DNA from: Lama glama | Taxonomy: Eukaryota | DNA: 64,000 nt | Assembly: GCA_028534125.1 (NCBI GenBank) | Contig: CM052817.1 | Coordinates: 91,948,001-92,012,000, forward strand | Reading direction: 5' to 3' | Part shown: one piece after another, positions 1 through 11,885 of the stretch | How positions within the stretch are numbered: the first letter of the stretch is position 1 | Layout of the letters: each line of letters begins with the position of its first letter | Translations under genes and position numbers: made by a program | Notes under the pieces: generated by a model | Databases searched by the model: none | The model's input: only the letters and a program-made list of their open reading frames with translations | Told to the model about the DNA's origin: nothing

Positions 1-300
1 TTCCCCACATGAGCCCTGAAAGACAACTGCTTCTCCAAGGAGGCTTGATTTCTTTTACTGGAGAATAGTGTTTAGAAGGTGCTACGTGAGCTTCCTGCTT
101 CTAGGCTTCCTCAGCAGACGGAGCTAGGTAAACAGATGGATACATTCCAACCCAGTTATACACGGATATGCATATTTCTATAGCTCTCTGTGCACATGTG
201 TATATACAGTAGGTTATACTAGTACTCTAATCCTAATTCAGCATCACAGGATTCATTTGAACCTTCCCCTCTCCTTACTGATACCTTCTTTCTCAATCAG
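1..300 (-). mobile_element. Old L1 (L1MC4-like) 3' UTR fragment
   Basis: Resembles L1MC 3' UTR; 'cttttactggagaat' is shared with the L1MC copy at ~47760. Confidence 0.6.
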
Positions 301-369
301 TGTCATGCCCATAATAGCTTCCTTTAAACTTAAAACATAGTTACATTTAATAACCAACTTCAAATTTAC

Positions 370-860
370 TAATTTAGCAAATATGAATTGGTACGTACTG
401 TGTTTGTTTAAGGCTCCGTACAAAGCACTCTGGGTGGAACAAGGATGACCCTTAGACCCTGCCTTCAGGTAGTCTATGGGCTACCAGGAAATATATAAAA
501 ATACAGAGAGCATGGAGTGTTAGGAGGAACAAACAAATTGCGATGAGCATGCAGAGGAAGGAGAGAGGCACTCTTACTGGAGGCATGAGGGAAGGCCTCC
601 TGTAGAGGCTGTGGATCTTGAAGGATGGGCAGGATGGGATTTGTAAAGATTAGGGAGAAACACTCTGGGAAAAGGACACTGCTTGAACAAAAGCATGGAA
701 GGAGGCCACAGAGGCAAGGCATGGAAAGGGCACAGCCGTGTCTGGGTGGAGACCAGGCCCACGAAAGCAGCGTGGTGGCTGGAGCTGGGCCGCAGAGCAG
801 CATGAACAGCTGGCTACGGTGGAATTGGGGCTCAGTTCTGTGGGCCACAGAGAGCTCCTG
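370..860 (-). mobile_element. L2 LINE fragment
   Basis: Typical antisense L2 3' pattern (gaccctgccttcagg...ggaaggcctcctgtagagg...gatcttgaaggatggg). Confidence 0.65.
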
Positions 861-2707
861 ATAGTTTCTGATGCACGATAAGCAAGATGGGGGCAAAGTG
901 CCCAACAGCCCCTGAAATGCAAGGTTGAGATAGAGCACATCCCACGTGACCATTTTGGTGCTTTGTTATGAGTGGACAGGAAAGGAGGGAAAAATCGAAC
1001 ATGATATCAAGCGATGTTGTTACTTTCTAGAAGCAATGCTAACTTTCCAATATAATAGAAAACTGCATTAAAAAGTAGAATGAAATTTCTAGGTGACAGT
1101 GAAATTTAATTTGCCCATGATGCTGCCTCACTGTTGCTATTGATATTCACCACAAAAGGGTATTTTCTTTGAAGTGAGATAGTCATCACTCTCTAAACTG
1201 GAAACTGCCCACATTTTATCCATTATGACTTGGAGGCTAGTAAAACAGAGCCGTATAACTCCCATCACCAGGGAGTTTTAGAACACTGAAGTTACAATGA
1301 AACCCTCACGGCTCCTCTATTAGTGTTGTATCACTATTCAGATGTGACGGTTTATCTCAGGGAACAGCTGAAACTCAAATATACTAGCATCTATCCAGTC
1401 GTGACAGCACTTGCTAGCTCGTGCATAAGGTGCAGGAACAGGCTGTGTTTGTTTGCTGGAGAAGACTGGGCTTTCAGGCTCAAGAAGCAACTACGAGTTA
1501 TCTGTTGTTATGCCACAGTCTGTTGATGGTGTTCTTTTTAAGGAAGAAAGGAAAGCTAAAATTGTTCATTTGTTTTGCAAGATGCTAGACCCTTAATCAT
1601 GCCATGGGGCAACAGAGAAGACAGAAGTGGAGGAAAAGAGAGCCACGCTTTTTCTTCCATTAGATTGTGATGAAGGTTGAAACTGCAGACCCACTGGCTG
1701 TAAGGAAAGTCTGGTGTGGATGCCCAGCCAGGTGACCACATGGGGACCGGCCAGCATCCACCGTTGTCTGCTCGTCCTCCCCCTGGCGGTAGAGGTGAAG
1801 GACCTTCAAGCCTTGTCTTAGGTAATGTGTCTCTTCTATCCTTACGGCTCTCACAGAATGAAGCTGCTAGAATGAATTCTAAAATAGACATTCTTCTTGT
1901 AGAAATGCAGATCCTTTTAATCAGGTGGAAGACAGAACCTGACTATTTTTCTTCTTCAGTGGAATCAAAGGAGCCACACTGCCAGAGAGAAGTCCAGGTT
2001 ATCAACTCCCAAGAGAAGCCCTGTGACCACACAGGAGTGGTCCACCACCAGAATACACTTCCAGGCAGATTCTGTGGACCCAGATTCATACCCTGAGTTG
2101 ACAAAGGGGTTAAGGAAGACTTTGCCCTGGACCTTCACTAGTACAAAAATGGGTCAGTGAGGGGCAGGGCAAGGACAGAGGACAGTCCCACCATTGAGGA
2201 GTCAGCAGCTTTGAAGACACCAAACAGCCATTCCTGCAGGAATTAAGTGCCCTCCTTACAAAACTGCCATATTAAAAAACAGCTTTATCAATTAAGGCAA
2301 GTGGGGTTGGAAGGACTGAAGGGTCAATTACAAGCATTGAAACACAGCAGCAAGGAAGAGTTAAAGGCAAAAACCGCAAAACGGTGAAGACACATGTCAT
2401 TGTTCCCTCCTCAATATCCTCCTCCCCTTCATGACACTTTCCCTATTCTCTGTCCTTCTACGTCCCTTTTCCATGTTTAAATGGGGAGGAATGTGACAGT
2501 AGACCTTTCTACTATTTACTGATTAACCACACTTTAGTATATTGGTTGCTTAGGTTATCATGATACTAGTTGATTCCATGATTTTTTTTTTTTTGGTTTC
2601 TAATTACGAAATTGAGGGCTTTATCATTACTAGAGGAATTTCAAGCCTCAGCCAGCTGTAGGCTGTGTGAACTGAGTGGTGAGAAGGACAACATGGTCAC
2701 ATCTCCA

Positions 2708-2855
2708 TATTCAATATGTTCTAGTAACCTATAAAGAAAAAGACTATGAAAATGAACATATGCATGTATGTGTATGACTGAAGCATTGTGCTGTGCACCA
2801 GAAATTGACACAACATTGTAAACTGACTACACTTCACTTAAAAAGGAAAAAAAAG
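2708..2855 (+). mobile_element. 5'-truncated artiodactyl-type L1 3' end with A-rich tail
   Basis: 'gtatgactgaagcattgtgctgtgcaccagaaattgacacaacattgtaaactgactacacttca' followed by an A-run. Confidence 0.8.
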
Positions 2856-2965
2856 AAATGAGGTGGCAGAGTTGGAAGAAAGGTGGGGTCTGTGTTTCCT
2901 TCGTTCTGGAATGACTCAGATTATGGTTCTTGTATCCCAAGACTCTGTGAAGGAAACTTCAATTC

Positions 2966-3118
2966 CAGCAAGACCAATTATACAACTTGTAGGATTCAGT
3001 GTGAAATGCTAAATCGTTGACTGATGGATGCACAAGTTCATTGAAATTAAGAATCTCAGGACGGCGACAGCAGAACATTAAATCACACCCCAAGTTCCAG
3101 GAACCATGAGGCCCTGCT
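2966..3118 (-). mobile_element. MER45A-like hAT-Tip100 MITE
   Basis: 'attaagaatctcaggacggcgacagcagaacattaaa' and terminal 'catgagggccctg' match the reverse complement of recalled MER45A. Confidence 0.7.
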
Positions 3119-3975
3119 GTTCTGCCTTTAAGTTCCTCTTCCCTGAGCAAGCTGGGGGTTCCTGGCACTAAAATTCACCAACATGCTAAGAAACTACTTG
3201 ATCATGTCATTTCTTCTTCAGACCTCGTACCACCTAGAACTGTAGAGACATATGAAAATGTTTTCTATGTGATGTTTTGCTATTTTAAGTCATATTTAAT
3301 TACGTTTTCACTTTTAAATAAGACGTCTGATGTTCTGGAGCATGCCCCCATGCCTCTTCTAATTTTGTTTTTTCTACCAAACTGAAGTCCTTTTGTCTTC
3401 CTCCCACCCAAACATCTTCACAGTGTCAACAACCCTTCCACGTAGTCTCCTTCAGTAATCCTTGCTTCTGGAATCACTTTCTGGAGTGAAAAGAACTTTA
3501 AAAAGTACTTTAGAAATAAATTTCCTGATTTGCTGAATTCTTTGAATAGTACATTTTTTGGCTGCCTTTCTTTGAACAAACTTAAGAAAAACATCATGTA
3601 AATAAAAGGTATTCTGTTCCTATTTCTCAGATCAGGATACTAACTTTCTCTGATGCTTAGATTTTTATATTTGCTTGATTTTTAAAAAAATTATTAAAAT
3701 TTAATTTTTTTAGAGCAGTTCACAGCAAAATTGAGGGGGAAGGTAGAGATTTCCCATATACCCTCTATTCCTGTGGTCAGATTTTTGTTGCTTAATTTAT
3801 AATCATCCTTCCATATCTGGACCAATCCCCTGTGGATACCAAAACCCACAGAAGCTCAAGTCCCTTATATAAAATGATGTAGTATTTGCATATAACCCAT
3901 GCACATCATCCTGTATATTCAAGTCATGTCTAGATTACTTATAATACCTAATACAAAGTAAGTGCCATGTAAACA

Positions 3976-4183
3976 CAGTTGGACCTGCTGAACTGTGGGG
4001 GTCCACTTATATGTGGATTTTTTTTTCAATAAATACTACAGGACTACAGGATCCATTGTTGGTGGAATTCACTGATGCTGAACCACAGACACCTAGGGCC
4101 AGGCATAAAGTTACATGAGTGTGGATTTTTGAGGGGAGGTGGGGAGCAGTGCCCCTAACCCCGAGTTGTTCAATGGTCAAATG
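3976..4183 (+). mobile_element. Tigger2-derived MITE (MER8/Tigger2a-like) nested in MER2B
   Basis: 'cagttg...gggtccacttatatgtggatttttttttcaataaa' and right TIR 'gttgttcaatggtcaaatg-ta'. Confidence 0.75.
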
Positions 4184-4299
4184 TAGTTGTAAACTCAAAG
4201 TAAATGTTATCTAAATAGTTGCTGGCTTGTGCAGCAGATTCAAGTTTTCCTTTTTGGGGGAACTTTCTGGAATTTTTTTTCATATATATATATTTGATC

Positions 4300-4450
4300 T
4301 GTTTTATTTTATTTGTATTTTATTTGGGGGGGTAATTAGAGTTCTTTCTTAATTTATGTACTTACTTACTTAATGGAGGTACCGGGGATTGAACCCAGGA
4401 CCTCAGGCATGCTAGGCACACGCACTACCACTGAGCTATACCCTCCCCCC
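4300..4450 (-). mobile_element. Camelid tRNA-derived SINE (Vic-1 type)
   Basis: Minus strand reads GGGGGAGGGTATAGCTCAGTGGTAG (A box)...GGTTCAATCCCC (B box), then an A-rich tail; 'atatatttgatc' repeated at 4288-4299 and 4458-4469. Confidence 0.9.
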
Positions 4451-5891
4451 CTTTCTAATATATTTGATCCACAGTTCGTTGAATCTCCAGACATAGAACT
4501 TGTGGATATGGAGGGCTGGCTGTACATTAGCTCCTTATTCATCTTGATGTTTTTGTTATCTTGATATTTTTTGTTATTTCCCTCTATTTCAGACTGACAG
4601 AAAATGGAGAAATGTCATTGCTTAGGAAGAATAAATCATAACATACTTTAGAAGAAGTTTCATTGATCTCAGGATTACACAACACCTCAAGCTAACTAAG
4701 GTTAACAAAGTGTTGCTTAGTTAACAGTGACTTGGAAGTCAGTTAAGTGCTTTAATAAGTAGATAAGGCTTATTTGTAATTAGCATATTGACTGTTTATA
4801 TATAAAGAGTGCTTCGAAGTGCTTGAGCGGAGCTACAGATCAGCTTGTTAAGAGTTTTAAACACTCCCCTGCAAATCATTCATTTCAACACTAACAGACA
4901 CTGTTTTTAAAGCAAGTCTTTTCTAGTCCAAGGAAACATCAACCAAAAAAGCCAAAATCACCACAAATTCCAAATAAGTATAGTCAACCAGTAATTTTTT
5001 TTCTACAAAAATGTTACGCAAAGTCCTTTTAAAAGTAGGTTTGCATGAGTAACAAATGATTGGAAAAGGCACTATGATACTCAAAGACCTAATCTAGTTT
5101 CAAACACTTTCACCAGCAGCGTTGATCTCCCGTATTTCCATTTTAAGCGAAATGACCAAATTCTACAAGATCTATGCAAGAAGCCATCTCCCTTTGATTA
5201 TAGCTGATAGAACCAGGGGGAGTCCCTGGTCCGAGCAAAGCCCGTGGTCTCTGTGTGACACAGGCTGGCTTGAAAAGACGAACTTGATCCATCAGCTTCT
5301 GACTCAGGGAAATGTATCGGGAACACAGAGAAAGAGGCAGTTAGCTATGGTAGCAGAACAAAAAGGACAGAGACACAGAGAGAGGCCAGTGGGTGCAGGG
5401 AGCCAGGGTGCAAAAAAACTACTATGAGGAAACAGAGATGTCAAGAGAGGAAGGAATGGAGGGAGGGAGGAAAGAGGAGAAAGGAAGGAAGGAAGGAATT
5501 TGAGGAAAAATTGAGAGAGAAACATACATACACAGACACACAGACAAGACAGATGACAGATGGACCAGGTGACCCTTAAGAAGGCGTGGTTTGCCCCTAG
5601 AGATTTCCTTGTTGGCTTTTTTCCACTCAGGCCCAGCCCATAAGCCTTCTTAGAGTTAACCTCTTTGTCTTTTGAGGTAAACTGAATGTGTCACTGTTCC
5701 TTATTCTGTAAATTGCTTCCAGAGATTAACTAAAATGCACTCAAACATCCTCCTACTAGGAGCAAAGTAAGGGGCACTGGAGTGTGTGTTTGTGGCTGGG
5801 GGGCAGGATGGAGAGACATCAACACAGAGTGCACTGTACACACATGAGCCTTCCTTCTTATAAATGAGAATTTGCTGACATCTGTCTGTAC

Positions 5892-6080
5892 CTTCGCTGG
5901 TACAGAACCGCAGAAGGGTCTCTTCCCGGGATGGCGGAGACCTGGGTTAACCAGCAGTGGCAGCTGCACTTGTGGGGCCTGACGCCAGGGCTGCTGTGGC
6001 ATCTGTCACGCTCTGATGTTCCGGGGCAGGACAGCTTCTGCCTGCTAAATATTTATTTAATCCAATTTGGCCAATCAAGC
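5892..6080 (-). promoter_or_regulatory. Candidate alternative promoter and first exon (~6020 to 5892)
   Basis: Two CCAAT motifs (6062-6075), AT-rich TATA-like box (~6046-6060), repeat-free CpG-retaining context 5890-6720, donor AAG|gtacag at 5892/5891. Confidence 0.4.
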
Positions 6081-9000
6081 TTCAGGTCTAATATATGATT
6101 ACAGTAACAGGCAGCTCTTAACCCAGTGTCCCCTTCTACTTCCCGAGGTCAGCCGGGGGCTTTGTGTGAAAACCAGGAGCCGGCAACGCAGGGAGGGGGA
6201 AACCCACAGAGAGAAAGGGGGAGAGAAAGAGAGCGTGTGTGAATGTGTGAGGGTGAGTGTGTGTTAAGGGAGGAAGGAATGGAGAAAAACAAAAAAGGAA
6301 ATGGGAGGCTGTGTGAAAACGCATGTGGAAATCCTGTCACAACTGGAAATGCAGATTAACATGTAAAAAGCCAGAGGTGGCCTGGGTTCTCAGCCTCGCT
6401 GCAGCACTGATGTCATTCTCCGCTCATCCGAAAGCTGAGGCTGGGGGAGGGGGCTCTCCGACTTCTAGGTCCATCCAAAGACAAACACGAACCACGTGGC
6501 TCTCCCTACCCCTCACTTAAGTGCGTGTGGAGAGAAGGGACCTCAGCGGGACCTCAGCGTCCAAAGCGGAAAACACCCAACTCAACTCTGCGCAAACTTC
6601 CCTCCGCATCAAAGAAATCTGCTGGGATGCCGCTGCCGTTTTTCTAAATCTCTTTGCCCTAACACCACTTTGTAATGTCCACGGAGGGCAGGATTCTTTG
6701 TCCGCAGAGAGAAAATAAACCCTGAGGCCTACAGCAATTTTCTGCTTGTTGAATCTCGTGCCTGGTTTGTTTCAACAAAGCTTCGGTTTCCTTAGCGTCA
6801 CCTGGCCCCATCTACAGACCAGGCGCTTCCAGGCGGGTGTAACCGGGTTTAGCAAGAGATCTCTGTTTTGCCAGACACTTAATGTCCTGGGCAACAGACT
6901 GCTGCCAATATCCATTCAATTAGAAGGTATTAATCATCCATTTTACTGTTCTTCCTACTGCCCATCACCCGCACCCCCCCTCCACCCCAGCCTCAGCAAG
7001 ACATGGGGCCCAGCGGTCTTCTCATGTAATCCAGCCTTCCTGGCAGATGCAGTTACATGGCAACCACACAGATACTTATTTTGTTTTTCAGGGCAATGTT
7101 CTATGAATCCTTACAAGTTTATTAGATCTGACTCATAACAATCCATCAGCCATAAGTGCAATAAATGATGCTTGTAAATTAATACCCACATCTCAGTACA
7201 GGAGGTTTTACATATTAAATTATCTTTAAAGTTATAAATAAATAACATACGCAAAATAGATTTAAGCAATAAACATATATTCAACAAACAATAGTCAGGA
7301 AGCTTCCTATTCACCCAGCAAAAGCAGTTTCGGCAATATCTTGCTAATGGACCCCCAACCCCCATTCCCTGTCCTTCCTCTCTTCCCTGATAAAATCACA
7401 AATCCATCACATTCAATATTGGGGTCGTTCCTTTCTTAGCAAAAACGGTGCTCCCTTTATCCAACACTGATTCTCAAAGCTTCAGCTAGCTTGTTTTTTT
7501 TAAAGGAATCATTTAGAAACTTTCCAAGATATCTTTGCTCCTACCTCCTCTCCTTTATGTCTCCCACTCCCTCAACAACGCCACTTGAGCAGCCTTTTCA
7601 AAATCATTTTCTTCGTTATTATGTTAACAGCTTTATTACATGTGTGTAGACATAAAAACACACTGTTCACTTTCTTCCTATCCCTTATAATCAATGTATT
7701 GCAGGTGATTAATAATACACTAAATTTTATCTTTACTAAGTAATGAAGTTAGGGCATTTGTGGTAACAAAGTATTGAGTCACGGAACTCAGTTTCATTCA
7801 ATAAATTGTTTTGTATAGACATTTAGGTTCTTAGAGTTGAACCTTAGATTTCAGATATGACCTGATTAAAGACTCTACTGGAAGATCCTTAGCGCCTCAC
7901 TTCCTATTGAAAAACCTCCTTCAAGGAACTGTTTCTTCATTTAGGTTGGCCTTTACCACTGACCTATATGCTTCTTCTACCTTAAGAAGAGACATACCCT
8001 AAACTTGAAAGTACTTTGTCTCTTTTCTCTATTTACCTATGAAGTTTGGCTTATTTTTGCAATTTATCAAAAGAATAACATCCTTTAAACAGTCTTTAGG
8101 GAGTTGTTTTTTTTTTTCTCACTCAATACTGTATTCCTAAGATTGAGCAGCTTTTAAAAAGTGACCCCCTGAAAGGAAGTCTTGTTGAAATCATGGCTTC
8201 AGTAGAGATTTTTGAGAACCAAAAACATTAGAAACTTATCTTGTTTGTGAAAGCCAAGAGGCTGCATTCAGGAGCCAGTAGTCTATTTTGTTAGTTTATG
8301 AAAGCAAGGGAGGGTCAAGTTTCTACCAGTTGTCAAACAACTATACCACATTATCATCCAAAAATAAATCAGAAAACATTTGTTTATTTTTATTTGTGTT
8401 TTTAGACAAAGGGAACAAGAAAGAAAGTCTTCAATGCTATTTGCCAACTTTTATTTCTAACTAGCTCAATTTTCTGAAAAATACACTCAGTAAAAAGGTT
8501 TGCAGAGATACTTTCTTTCAGTACAGAATTAAAATCTGCAATAATTTCATCAAATGTTGCCCCTCCTGGAAATGTAATTCTTGTTGCACTCTTGCTTCCT
8601 AGAACTAAATATCTTCTTCTCAACCTCAGTCATAGATTGAACCCATCACAACAAAACATCACAGCATTAACGGCAACAGCAATTTAAAGTGAATTAAGGG
8701 TTAATGGCAAAAGTCTGATCTAGACATTGCTATGTCAAGGGACATTTTTATTCCTTAACCTCAAAGGCAACAACAGTAGAACTCAACTTTATGTCAGACA
8801 CTCCTGTAGCTTCCTTGGCCCCTTTCTAATGTTTCTTTTTTTCCTTTGCTTCTCTGCACACAGATGTGATTTCTGCCGGCGAATTTAGGAGGACTGCCCC
8901 AATAAATTTCATTACCTTTCCTGCCTTCATGCAATTTCCCCAGACTTCAAAATTTCACCAACCAGACAAATCAAGATGCACAGACTTCAACACAATATCC

Positions 9001-9349
9001 CTGCTGGATTCTGAGGCCAGGCAAACAAACCCTGATTTAGGGGTTGTCTGCTAAATAAACCACTTGATACCACACACACAGCGCTCCCTGTCTTCCTGGG
9101 CCAGCATGGACACACTTACATCCCTATGGAGTCTGGTTGCCAAGGGCTATGTGTAGTCTCTGAGGCCAAGAGATTTTAAAATACAGGCAACGACATATTC
9201 TGAACCTATAACAGCAAACGTTTTGAACTGTCCGTAGACGTTGCGTAGGCACTTAGTACTAGACAGAGGTGGGAAGAGACAGGGCAGGGGTGCTCAGTCC
9301 CAGGCATCGGGAGCATAGTCTCCTCCAGGTGGGGGAGACCCTAGGGACC

Positions 9350-9480
9350 CCTAGTCCAACTCCATCCATTTACCACAAAGGAGACTCAGATCCAAAGTCA
9401 CAAAGTGACTTGCTCAAGGTCACAGAGCCAGTTTGAGAGAAGCTAAGGCCAGAACCTGTGTCTGCTGTCAGTCAGCTTCT
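9350..9480 (-). mobile_element. MIR SINE
   Basis: 'aagtgacttgctcaaggtcacagagccag' MIR core. Confidence 0.75.
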
Positions 9481-9953
9481 CACACTTATTCAAGCCATCT
9501 CTAGACTGGAAAATCAGAAAACAGAAAGATGCTCGAATGCATATGCTCATAGTACATTAGCACACTGCATATCATAATCATGCCTGGGTGGTCAGATACG
9601 CTATGGTTGTGGGAGTGGTGGTGGTTGTGATGGTTATAAAAGAGGTTGAAGTATTTTAATAGCCTGCTGCATTAGGAAATAATGGCACAATTTCCTTTTG
9701 CCTCAAGGGTTATGCAAGGAATCGAGATAAAACTCCAAGTTAAAACAAAAATGGTTAATTCAAGACAAGGGAGGCCATTTTTTCCTTGATAAAGTTGATT
9801 TAAAGATATATACAATATATTTCATATATATATATCAAAGATGTACTTAACATATTTATATTAAGTAATATATCTGGGTATATAGGAATATATTTCAAAG
9901 ATGTGCAAAACATGTGTTGCAGTTAAAACAGTGAGACTAACGTGAATGGATGG

Positions 9954-10098
9954 GGGGAGGGTACAGTTCAGTGGTAGAGTGCTCCACTCAGCATTAGCAC
10001 CCAGGAGGTCCCGGATTCAATCCCCAGTCCCCCCATTAGAGTAAATAAATAAGCCCAATTATCTTCCCCCCAAAATAAATATAAACAAAAATAATTTT
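9954..10098 (+). mobile_element. Camelid tRNA-derived SINE (Vic-1 type)
   Basis: ggggagggtacagttcagtggtagag...ggattcaatcccc plus A-rich tail; TSD tgaatggatgg at 9943-9953 and 10099-10109. Confidence 0.92.
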
Positions 10099-10559
10099 TG
10101 AATGGATGGCCAGTGGTATTCACAGTGCCTCCCAGTGCACAACCTCTTCTGGATATACACAGACCCAGTTACTATAACCAGTAGTACAGGTATCGTCTTT
10201 CCCAGACACAACTTCACTAATCATCTTTTATAACCTTGAGGTGTATGTGACAGAAGAAGGATCTGTAACCATTAATGCCTCCCACACTGCATACTGTGAA
10301 GGGCTGGCTCCTAATTTAAGTCTAGTCTACGAACAGCATCCCTCCTCTCCCTCCTGGAACACAGGAGACCTTTACTCAAGAAGACCCAGAGCCACACCCC
10401 TGATTCTTTGCTACTCTCCATTCTTCACATTTTGTCTGATGCCACTCTTCAGGAACTGTCTCTGGTATGTGTTCCTTCCTTGTCCACTACCATAGACTTG
10501 GTTGAGGTTCCCTTAGTGTTTATATAAACTGCTACTGCAAAAGCCATGTCAGTGTTCTC

Positions 10560-11090
10560 ATTTCTCTTCACTCTTGACAGAGGCATCAGAATGATCATCC
10601 TATAAGCACAACTCCAGACGTCATTAAGTTGCTCAGAAGTCTTCCATGGCTCCCTACGGTTAAGTGAAGTCCAAACTTCTTGGCATCATATCCCCCATTC
10701 TCCAAAAGATGGCTCAGTCTGGCTTACAGCCCTGACTCTAGGCCTCCCTTGGTATTCCCGTCAGTTCCTCTGGATCTCAGTGCCTGGAATGCCCTTTCAC
10801 ACACTCTCACCCCGACTCCAGCCTCCATCACCACCAGCCAAAGCACAGTCTGTTCTTTAAGGCCCCATTCTCAAAAAATCCTTCCCCAAATCTCTCAGTT
10901 ACAATCTCCTCTCTTCTCTCCTGTGCTTCCATAGCACTCTGTTAACATCATTAATGACAGCTCTTAATACGCTGCTGGATGTCTTTTTCTCCATTCACCT
11001 ATACATTTCCTGAGGGCTTTGATACCTCCGATACGTCTGAATGAGGCACCAGCACAGAGCCTCTGCACAGTCCTTGAATTTGAATGCACT
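10560..11090 (+). mobile_element. L2 LINE 3' fragment
   Basis: 'cttccatggctcccta...aagtccaaacttctt...tgcctggaatgccctt...ctcctgtgcttccatagcact'. Confidence 0.7.
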
Positions 11091-11335
11091 TCTTCGTGCC
11101 GAATCATTTGTTGGTGCTCTCCTTTTCCAATCGGCCATACCTCTTCTGCATTGCTGAAAACGGGTGTTTAGGTGCATCCTGATGCTTTCCCCTCCTTGCC
11201 CTTCCTCCGCCCCAACCACTAATACTGCTTGTCGTTGTTTCATTTAATTTGCCAGCAACCACCTTCACTTGCATTTAGCAAACTTATTTTCTCCACATTT
11301 ATTCTACTCAATCTATGTCATATCAGCACGATATA

Positions 11336-11673
11336 TGTCTTAGTCTTTTTGTGCTGTTGTAACAAAAACACCATAGACTGGGTGGCTTATAAACAACAGA
11401 GATTTACTTGTCACTGTCCTGGAGACTAGAAGTCTAATATCAGGGTGCCTGTGTGCTCTGGTGACAGCCCTCTTCCAGGCTGCACACTGGTCGTATCCCC
11501 ACATCGTAGAAGGGGAAGGGGGCTTTCTCGGCCACTTTACAAGGGCACAAATCCCACTCACGAGGGCTCTGCCCTCATGACCTAATCACCCCAAAGGCCT
11601 CACCATCTAATACCATCCCTTGGGGGTCAGGTTTCAACATACGAATTTTGGTGGGTCACAGTCAGCCTACAGC
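11336..11673 (-). mobile_element. MLT1A-like ERVL-MaLR solo LTR
   Basis: Starts tgtcttagtc, 'catagactgggtggcttataaacaacaga', 'ccctcatgacctaatcacc', ends tacagca; flanks atata/atatc. Confidence 0.88.
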
Positions 11674-11719
11674 AATATCTAAAGATTTGCTAGGGCATCT
11701 AGGGTAAAGGATGCGTGGA

Positions 11720-11885
11720 ATCCACACTCCCTTACTTCCTACCATGTGACTTTAAACAATATATTTAACTGCTCTGAGCCTTTCCACACCCGTAGAAAGG
11801 TTGGCAATTCCTCAATTCTGAGGACTACTGCAGCGTAATACAGGTAAGTCACCTGGCACAGGGAAGGCATTCAATAAACAGTACG
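11720..11885 (+). mobile_element. MIR SINE
   Basis: 'atgtgactttaaacaatatatttaactgctctgagcc...cctggcacagggaaggcattcaataaa'. Confidence 0.65.

Larger units (their letters stand above)
3800..4522 (+). mobile_element. MER2/MER2B (TcMar-Tigger) MITE, interrupted twice
   Basis: 'ggataccaaaacccacagaagctcaagtcccttatataaaatgatgtagtatttgcatataacc' and end 'ggatatggagggctggctg-ta'. Confidence 0.8.

Noticed and set aside
1556..2096. Overlapping ORFs of 111 and 126 aa
   Set aside because: No recognisable domain and no convincing acceptor/donor pair
4373..4450. tRNA-like sequences with A and B boxes (also ~9954, ~46810, ~58345)
   Set aside because: They have A-rich tails and target-site duplications, so they are SINEs, not tRNA genes
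10995..11243. 82-aa ORF ending at a donor-like TAG|gtgaat
   Set aside because: Its 3' part overlaps L2-derived sequence and the peptide is not recognisable
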